A stretch of 64,000 bases of DNA, taken from Patescibacteria group bacterium (GTDB lineage: Bacteria; Patescibacteriota; Gracilibacteria; BD1-5; UBA6164). The translations under genes and the position numbers were made by a program. This document shows positions 1 to 11,855 of the stretch, piece by piece (the stretch's first letter is position 1; each line of letters opens with the position of its first letter). Below the pieces are notes generated by a model that saw nothing but the letters and a program-made list of their open reading frames with translations, did no database searches and was not told where the DNA came from. The stretch lies in NCBI GenBank assembly GCA_036172015.1, contig JAVHSE010000023.1, positions 42,266-106,265 on the forward strand, read 5' to 3'.

Positions 1-674
1 ACATATATTTGAGAAACCAGATTTTGTATATGAAGAATATCTTCTTTATGTAATATTTTTTCGATATCTTGTTGCTCTTTTGAAGTGATTTTTTTATACA
101 TTTCTATTTCATCTTCTTTTTTTGGATAGGTTACTTGTGTTTTGAGTAAAAATCTATCAAGTTGTGCTTCTGGAAGTTTATAAGTTCCTGATTGTTCTAC
201 TGGGTTTTGAGTTGCTAAAACAATAAATGGTTCATCAAGTTGGTAGCTTTTATTTCCAATCGTTACTTGTTTTTCAGCCATAGCTTCCAAAAGAGCTGAT
301 TGTACTTTACTTGGAGCTCTATTAATTTCATCAGCAAGGATAAAATTATTAAAAACAGGTCAAAATTTAATGCTAAATTCTCCAGTTTTTGTGTTAAATA
401 TCTCCGTTCCAATCAGATCACTTGGTAATAAATCTGGAGTAAATTGAATTCTGTTACATCATAAATCAAGAGTTTTTGAAAGGCTATCAATCGTTAATGT
501 TTTGGCTAATCATGGAACTCATTCAAGGAGTATGTGTCATTTCGTTAAGAGTCCTATAATGAGACTTTTTATTAAATTATCTTGTCCAACTACTTTTTTG
601 TGGACTTCCGTAATTACTTTTTGAATTTGCTCTTGAGCGGAAATTACTTCATTTTGTAAAATTTCTTGTGTCAT
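1..674 (-). CDS. MoxR-like AAA+ ATPase (N-terminal part; gene continues past window start)
   Basis: ATG at 674. Code-25 translation [10 protein letters not shown]...[30 protein letters not shown]...[21 protein letters not shown]. All three Gly of GHILLEGVPGLAKT are TGA codons (537-539, 519-521, 510-512). Confidence 0.85.
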
Positions 675-699
675 ATATGTATAATTATAAATTAAATAT

Positions 700-1581
700 T
701 TAAATGCGTTGTAATAATTCAATTATTCGTGAATTATTCGTTATGAGATGAGAATATTTCAGTTTCTGTAAAAGTTCTATGAGTTCTTTTATTTCATCTC
801 TTGTCTCAATATCTCGAATCAATGATACTATTTCAGAATAATTTTTTGCTTTTAAGTTTATATTATATTTGAGTGATATTTTTTCTCGAAATATTTCATC
901 CACTTTGAAAGCAAAATTTTCATCCGTTCATTCTGGGTAGGCATATTCTTGTTTTTGATCAATATATATTTTTTCTTCTTGTTGTTCGTTTGGTTCTTGT
1001 TTTTGTGTTGTTTTGAGTGAGAAATAAACGATAAGAGTTAAGATACTTATAACTCCTAAAAGTAAAAATAGTTGAGAATTATTTTTTTGTTCTATTGTAT
1101 CTAATTCTCCTTTATTTATTTTCTTTGGTGGGTTTTGTAATGGATTATTTTGAGTTCCTATATTATTTTTTGATTGATTTCAATTAAGAAATATTTTTTC
1201 TCCAGTAATATCTATTTTTACGATATTACTTTCAAATTTTTCTTTTCCATCAGTCATTATTATTGGTCCTATTTCATAGCTTCCTTTTTTTTTCGGTATT
1301 AATGTAAAATTGATACTGAGAGTGGAAGTAATTTCACCGTTTATACTCGAAAAATTACTCGATTGCGATTTTGAAACGATATCAAAATTTTCTATTCATT
1401 TGATTTCATTAATTTGTATACTTCATCAATTTTTTGAATCAATAGTGAGTTTGAGATTCACTCTATCATCTACTGTTGCTTTATTCGTATCTATTTGAAG
1501 ATTGGTATTAAAAGCAAAACCAGTACAAAAAAAGATGAAAAGAGAAAAAAGAAAAAGTATTTTTATTATTTTTTTCTTCAT
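700..1581 (-). CDS. Secreted/membrane-anchored protein, BatD-like, upstream of moxR
   Basis: ATG 1581, TAA 700-702, 293 aa with 4 in-frame TGA. N-terminal signal MKKKIIKILFLFSLFIFFCTGFA and an internal TM LFLLLGVISILTLIVYF. BatD-like call rests on architecture and moxR linkage only. Confidence 0.55.
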
Positions 1582-1629
1582 ATTTTTCAGTTAAATATTA
1601 AAAAGATGAGTGTATTATAAGACTCATCT

Positions 1630-1805
1630 GTTAAGAAACCGTTAAGATTTTGTTTATTTTTTGTAAAGATAATAAGCATACATACTTGGAAATATTTATA
1701 TTTCTGCTCTACTTTTTATTACTATAAAATTTTGAAAATTAGTTAGTTACATTATTCTTTTTTCTATTACAATATCTATGAGTTAATTGAGCATTTTCTA
1801 TATTA
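1630..1805. repeat. 176-bp direct repeat, copy 1 (identical to 2929-3104)
   Basis: Base-by-base comparison shows identity over 176 bp at an offset of 1299 bp. Contains a duplicate of the last 22 codons plus stop of the DUF262-HNH gene. Confidence 0.9.
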
Positions 1806-1952
1806 ATTTATTAATATTTTGATTAAATTATTTTAATTCTTATACTTATATAACATAAATTATTTGAATACTATTAGTAAAAAATATATAAATCAATTTA
1901 TAAATAATGATTTATATTGTTAAAATATAATTTAATAGTAACATTATATATA

Positions 1953-2786
1953 ATGATCCTCACTTCCTCAAAATTTCTTAAATTTCAAACTAATACTTCT
2001 TTATGAACTGACAAAGATAGGCATTTAGCGATATTAAAATATTTCAATGATAATAATATTATATTCACCCAATATAATTTAAGCTACGATATAACAGAAA
2101 TATTATATACCTTATGATTTTTACATTTAGATGAATATATTACTCAGTCAAGAAAGTCTGACTTATTTTCTCCAGCAATCGAATATTTGTGACTAATTAA
2201 TAAATGAATTGATTTGTTAGAAAGTACTAATTTTTGTTTTTGTATTTGATATCCCGCATGACATCATGCAGAAAAGACATGGTCAGCTGGGAAATGATTT
2301 TGCGTATTCTCAAATGCTTCATTTGCAGCATTAAAAATGAAGCAAATCTATGGTAATGTGTTAATAATAGATTTCGATTTACATCAATGAAATGGAACTA
2401 AAGATATAATAAAAGATGAAAAAAATATTTTCTTATTTTCTTGTCATAACAGTAATCTATATCCATTATATTGAGAAAATTATGATACTTCATTAATAAA
2501 TTATATGGGCTATAACATAAATAATCCTAATTTTGAAAATTGAATTATTGAATCCATATGAAAAATTTGTCATACTTTTAATTCCGATTGTATAATTCTT
2601 TCAGCTTGATTTGATAGTCATATAAATGATCCCATGAGATGATGAAAATTTACAAATGAAAGTTATATAAATCTGTGAAAACTTATTAAAAAATTAAATT
2701 TACCAACTCTAGCTATTCTTGAAGGATGATATAATTTAGAAATTATTTGACGCTTAATATTTGAATTTAATAGTTTATTTGATTAA
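1953..2786 (+). CDS. Histone deacetylase/AcuC/acetylpolyamine amidohydrolase family protein (short N-terminus)
   Basis: 277 aa in code 25. Motifs GYPAGHHAEK, IIDFDLHQGNGT, LSAGFDSHINDP and LEGGYN supply the His-His pair, the Asp/His metal ligands and the catalytic Tyr of the HDAC fold. Confidence 0.8.
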
Positions 2787-2928
2787 TAATATTATATATA
2801 ACTGACTTATTTATATGAAAATCTTAGCAATTGCAGATAAAAAATAAATAATCTATTTATATCCTTTGTTAAAACCATACATATCTATGATTTTAGCTTT
2901 TGTATATTGTATTGAATTATTATTTTCA

Positions 2929-3104
2929 GTTAAGAAACCGTTAAGATTTTGTTTATTTTTTGTAAAGATAATAAGCATACATACTTGGAAATATTTATAT
3001 TTCTGCTCTACTTTTTATTACTATAAAATTTTGAAAATTAGTTAGTTACATTATTCTTTTTTCTATTACAATATCTATGAGTTAATTGAGCATTTTCTAT
3101 ATTA
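2929..3104. repeat. 176-bp direct repeat, copy 2 (overlaps the true 3' end of the DUF262-HNH gene)
   Basis: Identical to 1630-1805. Positions 3038-3104 are the last 22 codons plus stop of CDS 3038-4435. Confidence 0.9.
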
Positions 3105-4435
3105 GTTTTTCATCATCTTGAAAATGGTATAATATGATCTACTTCTGCATCATCAATTGATATTATTTGTTGTTTACATATTTTACAAGTTTTATCTAAT
3201 TCAAATAATGATTTTTTTATATTATATGGGTATATTCTGTTTTCTTCTTTAGGATTTCATATAATTTCTTCTAATTTTTCAAACCAAATTTTAAATCTTT
3301 TTTGAAGTTGTTCTTTATTACTTGTTTGATTTAATATACAATCAATAAACTTTTGATTATTAGACATTAATTTTATAAATTCTTCTTTAATAACATCTGT
3401 ATTTTGAATTATTTGATTTTTTGTATATTTCGCAAAGCAACACATTTGAATGTCATAAATTGCCATATTTATTCTTGTTAATGCCCAGTATCAATTTGTA
3501 TTTTCATTATCTCATGGTATATATCTTCTAAAAGCATTTTCTCAAAATACACTATATACTAATTCAGTGGTATTTTTAAATATTTCTTTATATTCTTTTA
3601 TTTTTTCATCAGAAAGGTTTCTAAATTCTCTTAAATGTTTATTAGAAAATTGTTTTATACTTGGTTTATAATTTAAATATGATTTTTCATATAAGGCAAA
3701 AAATCTTAAAATCATTCATCTATAAATCATTCTATTCTTATAATTATCTTTTCTTACAAGTTTATTAAAGATTTCACTATTTTCTAAATCTGCTAATAAA
3801 TCCATATATTTTCATCTATAAACAGTATTTCTTATTTCATCCTCATTTAGTTTAATAGATCACGTGTTTAATCTTTCAAATATTTCAAATTTTATATCCT
3901 CATTAGATTCTTTTTTTATAATTATTGTATGAAGAGTCGTTGTTTTTATTTTATTTTGATCTTCCTTTTCTAATTGAGAAAAAGTTTTTCAATTTAATTC
4001 TTTTAATATATTCAATCAAATTAATTTAAAAGGTTTATTAGTTCAGGAAATTTTTTCTTCAATAAATGTTAAAAATGATGTTAATCTTTGTTGTCAATCA
4101 ATAACACTATATTTTCAATCTTTTTCTTCATTTAAATATATAACTGGAAGAGGAACATTCATTAAAATTGATTCAATTAATCTACTTGATTGTTTTTGAT
4201 TCATAACAAAATTTCTTTGATAATCAGGTTGTAATACCAAATCTCAATCTTGTTTCATAGATAAAAATTCTCTAATTGTTATATCTTTAGGTTGCCAAAT
4301 AATATTTCTATTATTTCATTCAATTTCTATAAATTCATTATCTTTTTCAACTTCTTCATCATAATTTTCTTCTTCTATTTCATTTTGAACCTTATTTTTT
4401 AATTTTTTTTCATCTAATATTGCATCACTATTCAT
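3038..4435 (-). CDS. DUF262 (GmrSD/ParB-like NTPase) protein with C-terminal HNH endonuclease; type IV restriction-like
   Basis: 465 aa. N-terminal LQPDYQRNFVM...IDGQQRLTS. C-terminal HNH DHIIPFSRGGKTNIENAQLTHRYCNRKK, in which GG is TGA-TGA at 3110-3115. Confidence 0.8.
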
Positions 4436-4530
4436 AAATTTAAATTAATAATTAAATTCCAAAAATATTATATATTTTTTCAAATTTTAGCTCGTTTAGT
4501 ATATAAATATTAACAATTTTTGCAAAAAAT

Positions 4531-4548
4531 AAAAGCCATTTGGCTTTT
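4531..4548 (-). terminator. Hairpin aaaagcca-tt-tggctttt followed by a T-tract on the minus strand
   Basis: Perfect 8-bp stem overlapping the toxin stop codon, with T-run downstream in the transcription direction. Confidence 0.5.
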
Positions 4549-4864
4549 ATAACTCATCCAGAATTTTTTCTAATGCGAAAATAATCTCTTTTTCATTTAC
4601 ATTTTCTTTTATAGTTTTTGAATAAATAAGAATTGGGAGTATATTATCTCAAAACTTTTTTACAATTATTCTAAATCCTCATCTTTTTCCAGTCGGAATA
4701 GAAGAATTTTTTAATCTATATTTCAAAATATTATTTCATAAATCAGAAAATGGTTCTATAATTAAATTATTTTCGAAAAATAAAATATCTTCATGTATAT
4801 TTTTATATTTTTTTGATAATTCTAAAACTTGAGAATTAAAAAATGTTGTTTTTATAAATTTCAT
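4547..4864 (-). CDS. RelE/HigB(Gp49)-type toxin
   Basis: 105 aa, MKFIKTTFFNSQ...PTGKRGGFRIIVKKF.... The G-K-x-G-G-[FY]-R-[IV]-I motif is typical of this toxin family. Start overlaps the upstream small ORF. Confidence 0.65.
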
Positions 4865-5085
4865 AATTTTTCTTCAAGTTTATTATTAAGATTTGCAAAA
4901 TAGGCATTCTGAGAAAGTTTATTTTTTGTTTCTAAATCTTGTTTTTTCTCAATATAATCAAAAACTGTTTCTGTAATCACTGCTTGAAAAATATTATCGT
5001 CACTTAAATATTTATAATCTTTTTCAAGTATATTAATACTAATCGTAGTCATATTTTTAAAATTAAATTTTAAATTCATTTTCAT
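4852..5085 (-). CDS. Putative antitoxin (small ORF overlapping the toxin start)
   Basis: 77 aa from ATG 5085 (alternative ATG 5052). TISINILEKDYKYL may be an RHH-like strand-helix. Role inferred from position only. In code 25 it reads through TGA 4861-4863 to TAA 4852-4854. Confidence 0.45.
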
Positions 5086-5187
5086 TATTCATTATAAACT
5101 TTTTTCAAATTTTGCAAAAAAATAAGATATAAATAAGAAATCTTTTTAGACTTCTTATTTATACAAACAAAATATTCCTTTTATTTC

Positions 5188-5277
5188 AAAAACACAATTT
5201 CAAATTCCTTTCGTAATCACTCTTGCGAAACTATATGAATTTTCCAACCAAACATATCAGTAATCTTTTTTACTATT
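5188..5277 (-). pseudogene. Orphan fragment of a histidine-kinase 3' end (about 88% identical to 9844-9933)
   Basis: Translates IVKKITDMFGWKIHIVSQEGLRKEFEIVFLK*, versus the intact HK end ...IVKKITDMFGWKINIVSQEGVGTEFEIIFLR*. No upstream coding continuation. Confidence 0.75.
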
Positions 5278-5333
5278 TTTATTATATATGTCTAAAAAAT
5301 ATAAGACATGGTAACCCCTTATAAGAGTTTTTC

Positions 5334-6518
5334 CTAACTTCTTAATGCATCTACCGGATCCATTTTACTCGCTTTATAGGCTGGATAATATCAAAAAAAT
5401 ACTCAAACAAATACAGCAAAACTAAATGCTCCAATTCTTCCAAAAATACTTGGTAACACTTCAATGATATCAAAATAAGTAATAAGAGGAATAATAATAT
5501 CTCCTAAAATAATTCATAAAACTCCTCCAGAAATACTTAAAATAATAGATTCAAATAAAAACATATTTAATATATCATTTCTTTTAATTCCAATAGATTT
5601 TAAAATTCATATTTCTTTTGTTCTTTCAGCGACTCCAGCAAACATAACATTCATAATTCAAATACCAGATACTACTAAGACTATTATAGCCACTCCTGTT
5701 AATAACAAAGTCATAGTATGAGCAGCATCTTGAGCTGCTGTTACTTTTGATCATTGATCAACAACTCTAAAATCATCACTATCAATAGATCTTAATTTAT
5801 GTTCTTGTCTCAAAATTTCTCATATCTGAGTAATTGCTGGAGAAATACTTTCTATATCTTTTGCTAAAGCTATTAGTCTCGGACTTCCACTGTCTCAAAT
5901 AATAGATTGACTCATAGGATATGATATAAATATAGAATCATCATAAGTTATTGGTCATATAGCTGTTCCTGATTTTTTAAAAACTCCTATAATTTCTACT
6001 TTCTTTTTTCAAATATTTATCGTTTGCCCGAGAGCGAGTTCGGGACTTCAAAAGAAATCAATGGCAGCTCCATTTCAGAGTATGGCTCATTTTGTCTTAT
6101 TTTCGAGTTCAAGGTCACTGAAATAATTTCCATATTCTATATTGAGTTTTGAAATAGTTAAAAATTCTCCCATGATTCATAAAATAGTAGTTGAGAGTGT
6201 ATTTTGATTACTTTGAGTTAATAATTTTCATTGTAAAATAGCAGTTACCGATGAAATATAGGTACCATTATTTTTTATAGTTACAACATCTTCTTCATTT
6301 AATTGTGATTTTTGTGTTCCAGATGAAACTGGATTTATGAGTATAGAAGTCACGGCTAGATTGGCATACTGATCTTCTATTGATTTTTGAGCTCCAAGTC
6401 ATATCGCAATTACGAGTACTATCGTAGAAACTCATATAATAATACCTAAAGAACTTAAAAAACTTCTGAGTTTATTATTATAAAGAGATTTAATAGCCAT
6501 TTTTAATATTTCTCACAT
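5334..6518 (-). CDS. ABC transporter permease, MacB/FtsX type
   Basis: 394 aa. N-terminus ..AIKSLYNNKLRSFLSSLGIIIGVSTIV, C-terminus GYYPAYKASKMDPVDALRS*. Alternative start at 6500. Confidence 0.8.
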
Positions 6519-6521
6519 AGA

Positions 6522-7226
6522 TTAATTTGTTAACTTATAATCACAATTTTCAACTTTTCAGTCTTTCAAAAAGATGATTCTATCAGCATATTTTGCTACA
6601 AAAGGAGTATGAGTTACCATGATAATAGTTTTTCATTCTTGTTTTAATTCTGTAATGAGATTCATCACTTCTTCAGTTGTTTGACTATCAAGGGCTCCAG
6701 TAGGTTCATCTGCTAAAAGTACTTCTGGATTATTCATTAAACTTCTTGCAATAGATACTCTTTGTTGTTGTCATCCTGATAATTCTCAAGGTTTACTTGC
6801 ATATTTGGTTCAAAGTCATACCCTTTCTAGAAGGCTTTTTGCTTTTTGTATTTTTTCTTTTTGAGGGCTATCAAGGTATATTCCAGGAAGAATAACATTT
6901 TCTAATGCAGTAAGTTTTGGTATCAGATGAAATTGTTGAAAAATAAATCACATTTTTTTATTTCTAATGTATGAAAGCATTTCGTCATCTTTTAAATGTG
7001 AAATATCTTCATTTTCAAAAAAATATTTTCCATCTGAAAGAGAATGTAAACATCAAATAATATTTAATAATGTTGATTTTCCACTTCCACTTTCTCACAT
7101 AAGCACAACAAATTCTCAAGAATTTATTTCTAGATTAATTCATTTCAAAACTGGTACTTCTACTCCGTTCGTTAAAAAATATGACTTTTTTACCTCTTCA
7201 AACTTTACTATTATTTTTTCGTCCAT
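6522..7226 (-). CDS. ABC transporter ATP-binding protein (MacB/LolD-like)
   Basis: 234 aa. Walker [13 protein letters not shown], signature [13 protein letters not shown], Walker [12 protein letters not shown]. Confidence 0.9.
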
Positions 7227-7236
7227 AATGTATTTT

Positions 7237-9231
7237 TTAATAAGTTATCTTATCTCCAAGTTTTAATCAACTCATGACTTCGACCATCTTTCCATCAGTA
7301 AATCAGGTAATTATTTGTTTATATGTTCCATTTTCCATCATAACAGAAGGTTTTTTATTAATATTTTTTACTCATGGAACTGGAATAATAAGAATATTTT
7401 TTACTTGTTTTGTTATAAATTGGATAGTAGTGGTCATAGAGTCCTTTACTCTCGTATCAGATACTTCAAAGAGTATTTTTACTTCATAACTTACAATTCC
7501 ATTACTATCAATATTTGCTTTATCATTTATATATATAACCATTCCTGTGAGAGTCAGTCATTCTATAGAATCAAATGTTAAATATACCTCTTGTTTATCT
7601 TTTATTTTCATAATATCTCATTCTTCTACAAAAGATTCAACATACATAGTAGAAGTATTTATAACAGTAGCAAAGGCTCATTTCAAATTATTAGTTTGAT
7701 CTCATACTCTCCCAGTGATATCAACTATTTTTCCAGAAATAGGACTATATAATTTTGCATCTTCTTTTTTTTGATTTGCTTCTTCTAGGTTCTTTTTTGT
7801 CGTAGCTATAGCAATAATAAAAGGATCTAAATCAAGTATATCAACTTGAGATTTACTTTCTAAAAGAGTTTTTGAAATATCAACTTGTGAGTTTTCTTTT
7901 GAAAGTAATGATTCATTTTTTAGTTTTGTATTTTCTATTTGTATATTTACTTGATCTAACTTTTGTTGCGCTCAAGAAAGTAAAATATCATTTTCTAAAA
8001 GGATTTTTTGATAATTTGCTTCGGCTATTTTTAATTTTTGCTGTGTAGATACTACTTGATTTTTTGAGGCATCAATTTTTACATCGGCACTTGTTTTTAT
8101 TTCAGCTGCAGTTTGGATGAAACTGCTAAAATTAGCCAGACTCGTTTTACTGTCAGATAATACTTTTTCAAAATTTGAAATATAATTATCAATCGTGATT
8201 TGAGATAAACTTTGGGAAGTAATAGAATTTTTTAACACATCAAGAGTGGAATGAAGAGTTCTATTTACTCAACTTCAGATTTCTTTGAGTTGATTCATAT
8301 ATTCATCTCATTTTGACAAATCTGGACTTTGTCTATATATTTTCCAATCAGAATAAAAACTATCAAATCCTTGTTTTGTTTCTCTATAATTATTTTCTGC
8401 AATATTTTTTAATGAACTATTTTTTGCTCAAAGATATATTTCAAAAGTATCATTGTGATATTTATTGGAATCACTTATTCATAAAAGCATATCGATATCA
8501 AATAAATTTTTCTCAATTATACTTATTATTTGCCCAACTTCCATAAGTAATTTATTTTGAGCATTGGTATATTTTTCTTCTTCTTGAGAAATAGTATAAT
8601 TTGCATTATCTTGAGCTATTTGTAGGTCTATTTTTGAGGTATCAATATTATTTTGAGCATTGAGAAGACTCAGTTCTATTTGTTTTTGTATATTATCTAG
8701 ATTATCTTTTGCTATTTGTTTATTATCAAGAGCTGTTTGAAGATCAATTTCAGTTTGTGATTGTACACTCTGTAAAGAAATGATATTCGCCTCTAATTGC
8801 TTTGATTGAATATCTATTTCATTTTGAGTTCATCATCTGTTTTTAATTTCATAGTTTGATTGTGCTGTTTTGAGTGATAGTTTTGCTTTTTCTATATTTA
8901 TATTGAGATATGTATCATCAAGTTCAGCTATAAGTTCTCATTTTTCTACTCTATCTCACTCTGTTTTATATATATTTTTAATAATTCATATATTTTGAAA
9001 ATCTAAGCTAAATTCATCTTTGAGACTCACTTTCCCATCAGATTCTATATATACTTTTAAATCATCTTTTTTTACGGTAAATTTTTTTGTTTCATTTGTG
9101 TTTATGATTTCTTTTGGTATAAAAACATAATTATAACCAAAATACGAAATTCAAACGAAAAGGAAAAGAAAAAATATTTTTTTAAATATTGATTTTCTTT
9201 TATCTGATTTTATTTCATCTACTAATGCCAT
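7237..9231 (-). CDS. HlyD/MacA-type membrane-fusion (periplasmic adaptor) protein with long coiled coil
   Basis: 664 aa. N-terminal TM FFLFLFVGISYFGYNYVF, repetitive coiled-coil middle, C-terminus ..GKMVEVMSGLKLGDKITY*. Confidence 0.7.
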
Positions 9232-9241
9232 ATATAAAAGA

Positions 9242-9730
9242 TTATTGAGTAAAAGATATTTTTACAAATTCAGCTACTTTTTGTTCCTTTATTTCAACAT
9301 TAAGCCAAACTGAAATATATTGTCATACCTTAAAATCAGCAATACTCGCTTCTGTATTTGGTGCATCTGGTCAAGAAGCTGTTTTCTTAAGTATTTCAAT
9401 TCCAACGGGTACTATTAATTTTATTTCTCATAAAGTAGCTTTATTAATTTCTTCTTTTAAAGCCATTCTGGCAGATTCATCCATAGATTGCATATATTTC
9501 TTTTTTTCTGTAGGAGTCATATTAAAAGTTGGATCTTTTGAAATATCAACTGGTAATAATGTAATTTCATTTCATTCCATAGAAACTATTTTTCAATAAA
9601 CATCGACTTTTCTTTCTGGTTGTAGAGATTCTTGTGGAGTGTTAGAAACTTCAGGAGATAGAGTTGTTTCTTTTGAACAACTTGCGAGTATCAGAAATAA
9701 TACTGATATCAATAATATATATGTTTTCAT
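9242..9730 (-). CDS. Lipoprotein, first gene of the efflux cassette
   Basis: 162 aa. MKTYILLISVLFLILASCSKE is a signal peptide plus lipobox Cys. Confidence 0.65.
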
Positions 9731-9836
9731 AATTATATGGTAAGTATATAAAAGTAACTTACAAATAATATGTATGGAGTTTAAACTAAGTTTAAATTTT
9801 CTCTAAAAAATTCAATTTTAATAGTGCATTCAGATT

Positions 9837-11117
9837 TTATCTTAAAAATATAATTTCAAATTCCGTTCCTACTCACTCTTGAGAAACAATATTTATTTTC
9901 CAACCAAACATATCCGTAATCTTTTTTACTATTGATAATCCTAATCAAGAACCACTTTCAGAGTACAGAACTGACTGGTCATGTCTATAAAATCTTTCAA
10001 ATATTTTTTTCAAATTTTCTTCTTTTATTCCAATACCTCTATCAATTATTTTTATAGATTTCGCTCAAATTATCACTTGTATTTCGTTATTTCCATTATT
10101 ATAAAAAATCGCATTCATAATAATATTATCAAACAGTCTATCGATATAATACACATTGCTTTCAATGACTAAATCATTTTGAGAGAGAATATTTATTTTT
10201 ATGTTTTTTTTCGAAGCAATCGTCTCATATTCGACTCATTTATGAGTAAAATATTGAGTAAAATGTATGATTTCCTTTTGTGTATTTATTTCTTCTCCCC
10301 TGAGTAAAAATGAAAGATTTGAAATAATATTATTTATATTTGTAACAGCTGAACGAATATTTTTTAATTTTAATAAAATTTTTTCATCGGTAATTTTGTT
10401 TTCTAAAATTTCAATACTCGAATCAATTTGCATCAATGGAGTTTTTAATTCATGACTCACATCTTGAATAAAATCTTTTTGTGAATGAAATATATCTTTT
10501 ATTTTTACAATAAAACTATTCGTAGAGTCAATATATTTTCAAATTTCAGAATCTCAATATTCATTTTGGATTCATTTTGAATCTCGGTAAATATCATAAT
10601 CTTTTATAAAATTTGATATATTTCAAATAGGTTTTAATAAATTGATAGTAAGAAAATAAGTAATTAAAAAAATAACTCCTACAAGAAATACATCCAGAAG
10701 AAGAACTAATTCAATAAATTGATTTTGTATTTTTAACAGATCTTCAATATTTTTCCCAATAATTATATTATAACCTTTATAATCTCATCTAAAAATAATA
10801 TTTTTATTATCATAATAGTGAATTCAAATTTTATATTTGAGTTGCAATGTTTCATCATTATTTCAAAGAGAAAAGAAAAATCATAAAGAATGTATATGTT
10901 TCATTTCATATTCTCATAAAACAAAAATATTTTCTTTTTGTATATCTATAAAATGAGTAATTGTTTGATATTCATTCTCAATATTTTTAATAATCGTATC
11001 TCTAAATTTCTGAGTGATTCCAATATATAAAAAATACGAAAAAATATTGACTACAAAAATAATGAATAAAAAAAATGTTATAAATATACGATTTTGTATT
11101 CAAAGTTTAGTTTTCAT
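9837..11117 (-). CDS. Sensor histidine kinase
   Basis: 426 aa. TM segments near the N-terminus, H-box MSHELKTPL, C-terminal ATPase end ..ITDMFGWKINIVSQEGVGTEFEIIF. Start overlaps the response-regulator stop by 11 nt. Confidence 0.85.
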
Positions 11118-11787
11118 TGGTTTCAAATTTAAATCATATTCATCTGACGGTTTTTATATAATCAGCTTGATTTCATATATTTATTTTGCTACGAATAGAA
11201 TTAATATGAGTTCGCACTACATCTGACCAAATATCATTATTTATTCCCCAAATATATTCTACCAATTCTGATTTTTTTATGACTTTATTTTTATGTATCA
11301 TGAGATATTCGAGTATTTGAAACTCTTTTGGTGTTAATAAAATATTCCTTCCATTTCTATTGACTTCTTTCAAATCTTGATTTAAAACAATATCGGCACA
11401 CTCAATTATATTCAAATTATTACTCTTATGTACTCTTCTTAAAATACTTCTCACTCTCAAAATAAGCTCTTTCAAACTAAATGGCTTTGTTATATAATCA
11501 TCAGCTCAGAAAGTAAATCATTTTTCTTTTGTTTCTAAATCTTCTTTTGCTGTGAGGAGTATTATAGGAGTATTTATTTTATGGAGTTTTATTTCTTTCA
11601 GTATTTCTATTCCATTGATATATGGAAGCATAATATCAAAAATAAAAATATCATATTGATTTTTGAGAGCTTCTTTTAATCCTGATTGCCCATCACTTTT
11701 TAAAGTAACGATAAAATTATTCTCACTTAAAAATTCTCTTATATTTTCTCAAATAATTTTATCATCTTCGATAAGAAGTATTTTCAT
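11107..11787 (-). CDS. OmpR-family response regulator
   Basis: 226 aa. MKILLIEDD, FDIMLPYINGIE, DDYITKPF. The wHTH end ..DYIKTVRGIGFKFETNEN is reached only by reading TGA 11173-11175 as Gly. Confidence 0.9.
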
Positions 11788-11855
11788 AGTATTTGATTAT
11801 CATTTAATAAAATGATTATAATTAATTTCAATAAAAATCAATGAATCAAAATATT

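Noticed and set aside
2815-2847. Tiny ORF MKILAIADKK* in the HDAC cassette, as a remnant of a metallophosphoesterase-type gene.
   Set aside because: Ten codons are far too short to distinguish from chance in this composition.
6967-7581. Plus-strand ORFs 6967-7266, 7274-7489 and 7315-7581, and similar ones such as 22762-22980, 26283-26579, 27028-27330, 40688-41047(-), 45242-45517(-), 56411-56698 and 59673-59954.
   Set aside because: They lie antisense or out of frame to strongly supported genes, have low-complexity Phe/Ile/Leu/Ser-rich products, and are expected by chance in AT-rich DNA.
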